Below are positions 1-8,285 of a stretch of 64,000 bases of DNA, piece by piece. The notes under the pieces were generated by a model. That model saw only the letters and a list, made by a program, of their open reading frames with translations, ran no database searches and was not told where the DNA came from. The position numbers and the translations under genes were made by a program. Numbering within the stretch: position 1 is the first letter of the stretch; every line of letters starts with the position of its first letter. The stretch is from Cyclobacteriaceae bacterium (lineage in GTDB: Bacteria > Bacteroidota > Bacteroidia > Cytophagales > Cyclobacteriaceae): positions 13,733 to 77,732 of the forward strand of contig JALHRJ010000019.1 of NCBI GenBank assembly GCA_022841475.1, given 5' to 3'.

Positions 1-2
1 AT

Positions 3-236
3 CTCTCCGTCTTTTCTGAAGAACAAAAATTTGAAAATTTGTACCACCTCATTCAATTGATGAAAAGTGATGGCCATGTTTTCAAAAGCGAAATTAATTT
101 TTGTGAAGAAATCGCTGAAAAGCTTGGATATAAAAAGGCCGTTGTCGGTGAGCTTTCCTCCCGGATTTACTCGGATCCCACCATCACAGCAGATCGGAAA
201 ATGCTGATTGAAAGAGCCCACAAATTTTTAAAATAA
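3..236 (+). CDS. TerB-like (tellurite resistance/co-chaperone DjlA N-terminal type) protein, 5' truncated by window edge
   Basis: Frame is open from position 3 (LSVFSEEQKFENLYHLIQLMKSDGHVFKSEINFCEEIAEKLGY); the M-x-x-D-G...E...C..IA..LG pattern resembles TerB family. Confidence 0.6.
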   Translation, partial: LSVFSEEQKFENLYHLIQLMKSDGHVFKSEINFCEEIAEKLGYKKAVVGELSSRIYSDPTITADRKMLIERAHKFLK

Positions 237-257
237 TTTCTTACCTAAACCTGAATG

Positions 258-286
258 AGGCCCGCCTAACCAGTAGGCCTTTTTTT
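258..286 (+). terminator. Hairpin plus T-run between convergent genes
   Basis: AGGCC...GGCCT stem followed by T run. Confidence 0.5.
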
Positions 287-2000
287 ATTTTCTTTCATAA
301 AGAACCTGTCCACCTAAAATAGTCATGGCCACTTCGGTAGTGAGCAACTCCTGATCTGGCACCGTCATGAGGTCTTTCGTGAAAACGGTGAAGTCAGCAA
401 GTTTTCCTGGCGCAATCGATCCCTTGATCTTTTCTTCAAAAGCTCCATAGGCTGCATCTAAGGTATAGGATTTTAGTGCTTGTGCGCGGGTCATCTTTTC
501 TTCCGGCTCATAGCCCCCTTCAGGTTCACCTTTCAAAGTTTGACGGGTTACGGAAGCAAAGAACGAAGCAATAGGATTAATGGGCTCAACAGGCACATCG
601 GTTCCGTTAACGATAATCGCTCCTGATTTTAAAAGCGATTGCCACATATATGCGCCTTCCTTAATTCTTTTCTCTCCTAATCGGTCAATGGCCCACGGCC
701 GGTCGGAAGACATATGCACTGCTTGCATCGCGGGGATAACACCTAACGCTCCGAACCGTGGAATATCCGCAGGATGAACATGCTGGGCATGTTCGATCCG
801 GTAACGGTGGTCTTTGATTGCTGGCTTTTCCTTGAAAGCAACTTCATAGCGATCCAGAATTTCCTTATTGGCACGGTCACCGATAGCATGCGAGCAAACC
901 TGAAAGCCGTACGTAAGTCCTTCACGAGAAATTTTCATTACGGTATCCATCGACAGTGTTGGCATGCCACTAAAATCCTGGCGATCAGTGTAAGGCTCTA
1001 AAAGCCAGGCACCGCGTGACCCTAATGCTCCATCACAATTTAATTTGATGGAGCGAATTGTTAAAAGATTAGCCGAATCAATCTCAGGACCTTTTCTAAG
1101 CCATTCATAAATAAGCTCACTGTCGAAGCCAGTAAGCATCACATACAAACGAGTATTGAGCTTGCCCTCGTTCTTAAATTTCTTAAAAAGTTCAATATTT
1201 TCCCGTGATACACCGGCATCATGAAAACTGGTGATTCCATTTCGAAGACTTGCAGCCATGGCTAATTCCAAAGCCTGGCTTTGTGTCTCCTCTGAGTTCT
1301 CCGGAATATGTTGGCCAATCAACCCTTGCGCTCTTTCGTTGAACAACCCAGTTGGATTTCCTAATTCATCAAGAATGATTTCGCCACCCTCTCCTAAATC
1401 TTTGCCTAACTTCTCAACAGAGAGTTGATTCACTCCAGCCAGTTGCATGGCTTTGGCATTGGCAAAGCCTGCATGACCACTGGCATGTCGTAAAAACACA
1501 GGATTGTTTGGAGAAATGGAGCTAAGGAGTTGATGGGTTGGAAACCCTTTGATCATCTTCTCAGGTTTTGTGGTCCATTTATCCTGATGCCAGCCACGAC
1601 CTACAATCCATTGACCTGGTTGAGCTTTGGCTATGGCCTCGTTCACTTTTTGGACAAGCTCTTCATAACTGGTAACGTTCATCAAGTCGAGCTGGAGCTC
1701 ATTATAGCCCAATCCCATAAAATGACCATGCCCTTCAATAAAACCCGGAGTCATTGTCTTCCCTTGTAAGTCAATTGTTTTTGTGTTTTCACCTTCAAAT
1801 TTTTTAATGCCCGCAAGATCACCTGCATATACAATCTTATCCCCACTCACAGCCACAGCCTCTACGGAAGGAGTACCTTCCTCAACAGTATAAATGGTTC
1901 CGCCTCGAATGATTAAATCAGCGGGGGCTTCTTTTTCTGAACAACTAACCAATAAGGTGAACACTAAAACACATGCAACGGGTAAGAACTTATTTAGCAT
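285..2000 (-). CDS. Metal-dependent amidohydrolase (Amidohydro_3/YtcJ-like), predicted lipoprotein
   Basis: Lipobox LLVSC; PGFIEGHGH, HAIGDRAN, RIEHAQ, GTDVPV motifs. Confidence 0.9.
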   Translation of the reverse strand: MLNKFLPVACVLVFTLLVSCSEKEAPADLIIRGGTIYTVEEGTPSVEAVAVSGDKIVYAGDLAGIKKFEGENTKTIDLQGKTMTPGFIEGHGHFMGLGYNELQLDLMNVTSYEELVQKVNEAIAKAQPGQWIVGRGWHQDKWTTKPEKMIKGFPTHQLLSSISPNNPVFLRHASGHAGFANAKAMQLAGVNQLSVEKLGKDLGEGGEIILDELGNPTGLFNERAQGLIGQHIPENSEETQSQALELAMAASLRNGITSFHDAGVSRENIELFKKFKNEGKLNTRLYVMLTGFDSELIYEWLRKGPEIDSANLLTIRSIKLNCDGALGSRGAWLLEPYTDRQDFSGMPTLSMDTVMKISREGLTYGFQVCSHAIGDRANKEILDRYEVAFKEKPAIKDHRYRIEHAQHVHPADIPRFGALGVIPAMQAVHMSSDRPWAIDRLGEKRIKEGAYMWQSLLKSGAIIVNGTDVPVEPINPIASFFASVTRQTLKGEPEGGYEPEEKMTRAQALKSYTLDAAYGAFEEKIKGSIAPGKLADFTVFTKDLMTVPDQELLTTEVAMTILGGQVLYERK

Positions 2001-2103
2001 AGGGGTAAATATTAAACCCTAAAAGTAGTAAGCAATTTTATATTTCCCTTGCCTATTCTATCAACGGCAGGATATAGCGAGTTTTGTATCTTCGCAGCCA
2101 GAA

Positions 2104-3930
2104 ATGAAAGAACGATTAATTTTTTTTGGGAAGCTCGCTTTGTTTTGGCTTCTCTTTTTCACTGTAAGTCGCATTCTTTTCTTTATTTATTTGCATACAC
2201 AAACCAGCTCCCTTACGGGAAAAGAAATACTGATGCCTATGGTGCTGGGGCTGCGTATGGATGCGGCCATGGCCGGTTACTGGATGTTACTGCCTGGATT
2301 AATTTTTATCTTCTCCGCATTTATTTCAGTGCGATGGATTTATATCCTGCAGGGTATTGTAACCAGTATTTTACTTTTGATTTCTACCCTACTAATTGTG
2401 GCTGATGTTGAATTGTACAAACACTGGGGTTTTCGTATCAACGCTACGCCACTCATGTATCTGGAGTCAGAGGCGGCAAGCAGTGTAAACCTCTCCACAT
2501 TAGTTCTGTTGATTACCATTTTTGTATTCCTACTTATCGCTTTCTTATTTCTTTATTGGAAGAAACTAGCTCCACAACTCTTAGGATTTCAAAAACTACC
2601 CGCCAAGTGGTCACCGGTTTGGTTGGTGATTACAGCAACCTTGATCATTCCTATTCGTAGCAGCTTCAGTGTGGCACCTTTAAATACAGGGGTAGTATAT
2701 TTTCACAAAACGAAAGCCTTTCCAAATCATGCCGGAATTAATCCGGTCTGGAACTTTTTAAAAGATGTAACCCGTAAAGACAACCTCCAATACAATACCA
2801 ACTTTCATCAGCCTGCAAACCTTGATGATCAATTCGCTTCTCTTATCAATACCGAAGGCGCTACTAAAAAATTTATCTCTGTAGAAAAGCCCAACGTCTT
2901 ACTTATCATCCTGGAAGGGTTTACTTCGAAAATCATTGCACCACTGGGTGGGTTGGAGAATATTACACCCGAGTTGAATGAACTTATTAAAGAAGGAATC
3001 CTGTTTGAGAATTTTTACTCCAGCGGTGATCGCACGGATAAAGGAATAGTCTCCATCCTGAGTGGCTATCCGGCACAGCCACGGAGTTCCATCATTAAGT
3101 TTCCAAACAAAACACAACGACTCCCCTACTTACCAAAAGTGTTGGAGAAATCCGGCTATCACACTTCGTTTGTTTATGGAGGCGACATTGGCTTTGCCAA
3201 CATGGAATCGTATGTAACGCAAGCGGGGTTTAGTCACATTACCGAGATAGATGATTTTGAAAGCGAATTAGATGATTCCAAATGGGGTGTTGCCGATCAT
3301 TATGTTTTTGAACGACTCCAGAATGAATGTGATACAGTTTCCAATCCTTTCTTTAAAGTCATGCTGAGCCTGAGTAGTCACGAACCCTTTAAGGTGCCTA
3401 TGGAAACGGTCATTAAAGGAAATGATGAAGGTTCTATGTTTCTGAATGCCTGTTTTTATACCGACAAAAGCCTGGGTGAATTTATCCGTAAGGCAAAACA
3501 AAAACCATGGTGGAAAAATACGTTGGTGATTATCACTGCCGATCATGGACATAGATTTCCGAATCCCAATGAATTAAAAGAGAAAGAACGATTTAAGATA
3601 CCCATGCTCTGGTTGGGTGGTGCACTCAATCAGTCCGGCATCCGCATCAATACCTTTGCCGGCCACACCGATATTGCCAACACACTGTTGAATCAGGTTG
3701 GGATTAGCCGCTCACCGGATTTTTCATTTAGCAAAAACATACTGGCCGATACCGTTAATTCGTTCGCCATGTATGTATTCTCCAATGGCTATGGATACGT
3801 GAGTCCAACCAACGAGAATATTTTTGACTTTGATCTGAATAATTACCTCAAGCGCGAAGGAAATGAAAATGAACTTCCTTTGGGTAAAGCCTATATGCAA
3901 AAGCTCTTTGACGACTATAATAAAAAATAA
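2104..3930 (+). CDS. LTA synthase family / sulfatase-like membrane protein
   Basis: 5 N-terminal TM segments, then alkaline-phosphatase-fold motifs IILEG, GDRTDKG, LSSHEPF, ITADHGH. Confidence 0.88.
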   Translation: MKERLIFFGKLALFWLLFFTVSRILFFIYLHTQTSSLTGKEILMPMVLGLRMDAAMAGYWMLLPGLIFIFSAFISVRWIYILQGIVTSILLLISTLLIVADVELYKHWGFRINATPLMYLESEAASSVNLSTLVLLITIFVFLLIAFLFLYWKKLAPQLLGFQKLPAKWSPVWLVITATLIIPIRSSFSVAPLNTGVVYFHKTKAFPNHAGINPVWNFLKDVTRKDNLQYNTNFHQPANLDDQFASLINTEGATKKFISVEKPNVLLIILEGFTSKIIAPLGGLENITPELNELIKEGILFENFYSSGDRTDKGIVSILSGYPAQPRSSIIKFPNKTQRLPYLPKVLEKSGYHTSFVYGGDIGFANMESYVTQAGFSHITEIDDFESELDDSKWGVADHYVFERLQNECDTVSNPFFKVMLSLSSHEPFKVPMETVIKGNDEGSMFLNACFYTDKSLGEFIRKAKQKPWWKNTLVIITADHGHRFPNPNELKEKERFKIPMLWLGGALNQSGIRINTFAGHTDIANTLLNQVGISRSPDFSFSKNILADTVNSFAMYVFSNGYGYVSPTNENIFDFDLNNYLKREGNENELPLGKAYMQKLFDDYNKK

Positions 3931-4614
3931 ATGAAAAAAATTATTCTATCTGCTCTGCTTGCATTTGCATTGATGCAGACACAAGCCCAGGATGTAGGTC
4001 TCTCCTTTTCTTATTTTATTCCGCGCAACGGATATTTCTCAACCCCCATCAGTCCTTTTTCTATACGTGGACTTGGAGTAAATCTGAATCAGTTTATTGC
4101 CATTGAAACCGGAGCATCACTTTATCGGATGTCGGGTCTTAACATCATTGATTTGCCGTTTGAATCAAAGGAAGCATTGCTGGGCCCAAACTTTACGTTG
4201 TTCGTTCCGGTTGAATTGGTACTTCAATTTCAGGGTAAGCAGGTAGAGTTTGACATTAAAGGCGGTGGATTCTTTTTTTATGGATTCGATCAGAAACTAA
4301 ACTATGGAAACATCGATCGGGCGATCCGAAATTTTGAAAGCTGGCAAGTGGCCAATGCAAACTTGCGCTACAAAAACAACCCCGGTTTTGGATATCATTT
4401 TGGGGCAGAATTTACCTTTCATGTTACCCGTCAATTTGGAATCTCGCTAGAGAGCAATTACCTGATGGGTTCGGCCAAATTTCCATTAACTGGAAATTAT
4501 ACAGGAGGCACACTGAACGATCCACTGGAAACAATCGCGGTCGATTATAAAGACGCGAAAGTTGACTTCACGGGTTTTGAGTTTTCTATCGGAATTATTT
4601 TTTCAGGACGATAA
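3931..4614 (+). CDS. Hypothetical exported protein, probable outer-membrane beta-barrel
   Basis: Signal peptide MKKIILSALLAFALMQTQA; alternating aromatic/Gly beta-strand pattern; abuts the upstream stop codon. Confidence 0.6.
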   Translation: MKKIILSALLAFALMQTQAQDVGLSFSYFIPRNGYFSTPISPFSIRGLGVNLNQFIAIETGASLYRMSGLNIIDLPFESKEALLGPNFTLFVPVELVLQFQGKQVEFDIKGGGFFFYGFDQKLNYGNIDRAIRNFESWQVANANLRYKNNPGFGYHFGAEFTFHVTRQFGISLESNYLMGSAKFPLTGNYTGGTLNDPLETIAVDYKDAKVDFTGFEFSIGIIFSGR

Positions 4615-4634
4615 CTGAATCGGAGAAGCTAAGG

Positions 4635-6002
4635 TTAATTCATACTTGCTGGCGATGTAGCTGGCCGAACATCTTCCAGGTCTACACGTCTCACAATCCT
4701 TGCTCTGCGAAATGGAGTCTTACTCCATATTTCAACCAACGCCTGTTGGGCAAGTTCATATTCATAAAATGTACCGGCTAACCAGGTAGTTTCACTATCC
4801 TCATGTACTATCCGATGAGCTCCGTAAAATTTAACCAAGGGATCGTTCAACAAAACTGAATCCATTTCAAGATCCATACCCAGATTGATTGAATAAATTA
4901 TTGAGTCGGTTCGGGTTGAATAATCCTTTTCATTCACCATCACATTGTGCTTCGTTAACAACGCTCTCGAGTCTTTGGTAAATAATGTAAACGCGTCTCG
5001 TAACGTCTTCGATTTTACAAATAGCGTATCGCCTTCGAAATACCGAAGTGGCAGCACCGTAAATAGTTCATTGGATTTCTTAACCCACTCCAGTTCATAT
5101 TCGGCATTGTGGATGGAAGTGGTTGATACTGTGTCTGTCACTATTTTCTGAAGGTCAACCCACAGCATGGCACCACCATCGCGGTAACGCGGCCGCTGAC
5201 CCGAAATAAAATTACCTAGGGAATAGGCTATCAGCTGATCCTCTTTTTGGTTCCAAACCATAGGTTGCAATACATGCGGATGTGCACCGATGACCAACTT
5301 TGCACCTTCGCGAAAACATAGCGCTGCCAATTTTTTTTGTTCCGCATTTGGTAAACTTTGATACTCCGCACCCCAATGCATAAACACAATGATGGCGTCA
5401 GTCTGCTGTGCTCTTGCTTTCGCCATATCGACCTTGATGGCAACGGTATCAATCAGATTTACAATGTTGGGCTTTGTTACCGGAATGCCATTGGTGCCAT
5501 ATGTGTAATTAAGCAAGGAGAAACGAAATCCATTCTTCTCTATTTGCAAGGGATATATACTGGCGCGCTCTGCAGAATCTCTGAACGTGCCTGTGTGCTG
5601 TATTTGCAAAGAATCTAAAACGCGAATGGTACGCTCCACTCCTTTCTTCCTTCTATCAAGGCTGTGATTATTGGCAGTAACCAACACATCAAATCCGAGT
5701 CGCTTCAACTGAACTGCCAACGCATCAGGTGCACTAAATTGAGGGTATCCTTTATAGGGAGCTCCGGCTAACGTGAGTTCCAAATTACCAATGGTTAAAT
5801 CTGCCGAGCGTAAAATAGGTGCTGCATGCTCAAAGCACGCTGAGTAATCATACTTTTTATCGGTTGAGTTATACGCTGCTGCAATATTGGAGTCGTGCTG
5901 CATGATGTCGCCTACAAACAGCAACGAGATACGGGTTGTATCCTGCGCGGCAACTGCAAGGCTTACAAATTGAAAAATAAATAACAACCGGAGTTTATGC
6001 AT
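4635..6002 (-). CDS. CapA family (PGA_cap metallophosphoesterase-like) protein with C-terminal extension
   Basis: GDIMQH, GNLE, ANNHSLD, HWGAEY, GAHPHVLQ, YSLGNF motifs. Confidence 0.88.
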   Translation of the reverse strand: MHKLRLLFIFQFVSLAVAAQDTTRISLLFVGDIMQHDSNIAAAYNSTDKKYDYSACFEHAAPILRSADLTIGNLELTLAGAPYKGYPQFSAPDALAVQLKRLGFDVLVTANNHSLDRRKKGVERTIRVLDSLQIQHTGTFRDSAERASIYPLQIEKNGFRFSLLNYTYGTNGIPVTKPNIVNLIDTVAIKVDMAKARAQQTDAIIVFMHWGAEYQSLPNAEQKKLAALCFREGAKLVIGAHPHVLQPMVWNQKEDQLIAYSLGNFISGQRPRYRDGGAMLWVDLQKIVTDTVSTTSIHNAEYELEWVKKSNELFTVLPLRYFEGDTLFVKSKTLRDAFTLFTKDSRALLTKHNVMVNEKDYSTRTDSIIYSINLGMDLEMDSVLLNDPLVKFYGAHRIVHEDSETTWLAGTFYEYELAQQALVEIWSKTPFRRARIVRRVDLEDVRPATSPASMN

Positions 6003-6642
6003 TTGTGTAGGCTATGATTTTATCATCTGCAATAACAAAAATTCTATCCTCTTTTTTTGGCTGAATGCGGGCTAATCCGGTGAACGAACCAAAGGCCGGA
6101 AGAATGCCCTGATTCTTACCAAAATAAAAACAAGGTAATGTTACCGCCTGTCTTCCGGTTCCGCGAAGTTGAACACCCGGATGCAAATGCCCGGAAAGAT
6201 TATAGCTACCCTCTGGAACATCCGTCATGGGTTCGTGGGTAAGAATGAGATTACCTTCCCGTAACTCATTGAGATAAACTTTCAGATTGTTTCGATCATA
6301 TTGAAGTTCACTGAGGATGTCATGATTACCAAGCACCAGTTCGAAAGCGCAATTCACAAAGTGTTTTCTGATCTGCCCCACAACTTCCCATTCTTCATTA
6401 TAATGACTGTGAAATAAATCGCCTAGAAAAATTACGCGGTCAGCTTTGGTTGTTTGTAATAAAGCGATCAGAGCCTCGGTATTTTTATCGTTAGCACGGG
6501 CGGGCACGGGTATCCCTGACTTCCTGAAATGGTTGATTTTTCCAAAATGTAAATCTGCCATCAAAAGGGTTTTTTTGCTTTTTAACCACAGTGCCTTTTG
6601 AGGTAATAGTACGGCCTTTTCGTTCAATAGCTCAATTTCCAT
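5995..6642 (-). CDS. pdeM: Ligase-associated DNA damage response endonuclease (metallophosphoesterase)
   Basis: DLHFGK, GDLFH, GNHD, THEP, GHLHP, LPAFG motifs; Lhr-type helicase nearby. Confidence 0.85.
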   Translation of the reverse strand: MEIELLNEKAVLLPQKALWLKSKKTLLMADLHFGKINHFRKSGIPVPARANDKNTEALIALLQTTKADRVIFLGDLFHSHYNEEWEVVGQIRKHFVNCAFELVLGNHDILSELQYDRNNLKVYLNELREGNLILTHEPMTDVPEGSYNLSGHLHPGVQLRGTGRQAVTLPCFYFGKNQGILPAFGSFTGLARIQPKKEDRIFVIADDKIIAYTNA

Positions 6643-6803
6643 TCTTTGGCCAGCAGGTTGTTAAATTATGCGCAAATTCGGTTAAAGTAATCGCAGTAAA
6701 AAGCCAAAATAGCTATGACTTCAAGTTTGCTTAGATACTGAAAATCATGGTGTTACAAAGCTTTCGAAATTTATCTGTAAGGTTCTGTCCTTGAAAACAA
6801 AAA

Positions 6804-6822
6804 TGTTAACATTGGGTTAACA
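6804..6822 (+). promoter_or_regulatory. Candidate PhoB/OmpR-type box upstream of phosphate transporter
   Basis: TGTTAAC-ATTGG-GTTAACA: TTAACA repeated at 11-bp spacing and also palindromic, about 45 bp upstream of ATG. Confidence 0.45.
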
Positions 6823-6865
6823 GTGCCCCACACGCAACCAATTACATTTACCCGATTTTGAATTT

Positions 6866-8281
6866 ATGTTCGAATTAGAACTTTCCTACTCCATTCTTCT
6901 AATCGTATGTCTTTTAGCAGCATGTGCATTCGAATTTGTTAATGGTTTTCACGATACAGCGAATGCTGTAGCCACAGTTATTTATACCAATTCGCTGAAG
7001 CCAACCGTAGCCGTTGTGTGGTCTGGAATCTGTAATGCCATAGGAGTGTTTTTAGGTGGCATTACGGTTGCCATGGGAATTGTTAATCTTTTACCTGTTG
7101 AGTCTCTGGTTGATCAGAATATTGCCCATAGTGTTTCGATGGTGATGGCACTATTATTAAGTGCCATTTTCTGGAATCTGTTAACCTGGTATTTCGGTAT
7201 TCCCTGCTCAAGTTCACATACCTTGATAGGCTCAATACTAGGTGTGGGGCTTGCATTCTCAATGCTTCCTGATAGCAGCGGGGCAGCTGTAAATTGGGGA
7301 AAGGCGCAAGAGATTGGCGCCTCTTTACTCATCTCGCCTCTCTTTGGATTTTCATTAACTATTATTTTAATGTTTTTACTGCGCAACCTGACCAAAAACA
7401 GTAAGACCGGTGAAAGTTTATTTAAGGAACCTAAGAAGAATCAACCACCACCGTTATGGATACGAATCATTCTGATAACTACATGTACTGCCGTAAGTGG
7501 TTTTCATGGTTCGAATGACGGACAAAAAGGCGTTGGATTAATTATGCTGATTCTTATCGGCATTGTTCCTGTTTACTTTGCTCTCAATCCAAACGAAAAT
7601 CCTTCAGCGCTGCGAGATCCACTTTATAAAATCGAACGTACTATCAATACGGTAGATCCGTTGCCCTTATCAGCAACTGATAAATCTAAACTGGATAGTT
7701 CCAAAATGATGATTACCCGGATTGGGGCAACGATTGGGAACGCTACATCTGTAAATTCTATTCCTAAACAAGATCGATTTGTCGTTCGCAAGGATATCAT
7801 GATCCTCAATAGCAATATCAAATCATTGTTGGAAACCAGTGAAGCAAGATTAAGCGAGCGTGATAAAGAAATTCTCTCCGGTAGTCTTAAACAGATTCGT
7901 AAAATGACTGACTACTCACCTACCTGGGTGATCATTATCATTGCCGGGTCCCTTGGTCTCGGCACCATGATTGGCTGGAAGCGCATTGTGAAAACAATTG
8001 GTGAAAAGATTGGAAAAGAACATTTGACCTATGCACAAGGAGCCAGTGCTGAATTGGTAGCATCTACTACGATTGGCTTATCTACCTTTTTCGGACTTCC
8101 TGTAAGCACTACGCATGTGCTTTCTTCGGGCATTGCAGGATCGATGGTTGCCAGCAAAGGAATTAAAAACCTGCAGGCGGACACAGTCAGAAATATCTTA
8201 ATTGCCTGGCTGCTTACATTACCTGTTGTAATGGTCATGTCGGGAACGCTGTTTCTGATCTTCCGCTCCCTCTCCGCTTAA
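6866..8281 (+). CDS. pitA: Inorganic phosphate transporter (PiT family)
   Basis: NGFHDTANAVAT, HGSNDGQK and PVSTTH signature motifs. Confidence 0.92.
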   Translation: MFELELSYSILLIVCLLAACAFEFVNGFHDTANAVATVIYTNSLKPTVAVVWSGICNAIGVFLGGITVAMGIVNLLPVESLVDQNIAHSVSMVMALLLSAIFWNLLTWYFGIPCSSSHTLIGSILGVGLAFSMLPDSSGAAVNWGKAQEIGASLLISPLFGFSLTIILMFLLRNLTKNSKTGESLFKEPKKNQPPPLWIRIILITTCTAVSGFHGSNDGQKGVGLIMLILIGIVPVYFALNPNENPSALRDPLYKIERTINTVDPLPLSATDKSKLDSSKMMITRIGATIGNATSVNSIPKQDRFVVRKDIMILNSNIKSLLETSEARLSERDKEILSGSLKQIRKMTDYSPTWVIIIIAGSLGLGTMIGWKRIVKTIGEKIGKEHLTYAQGASAELVASTTIGLSTFFGLPVSTTHVLSSGIAGSMVASKGIKNLQADTVRNILIAWLLTLPVVMVMSGTLFLIFRSLSA

Positions 8282-8285
8282 ATTT

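Noticed and set aside
261-278. CCCGCCTAACCAGTAGGC as a decayed copy of the 21-bp mini-element (14 of 18 match)
   Set aside because: It lacks the terminal AGG and is adequately explained as a terminator loop; too weak to count.
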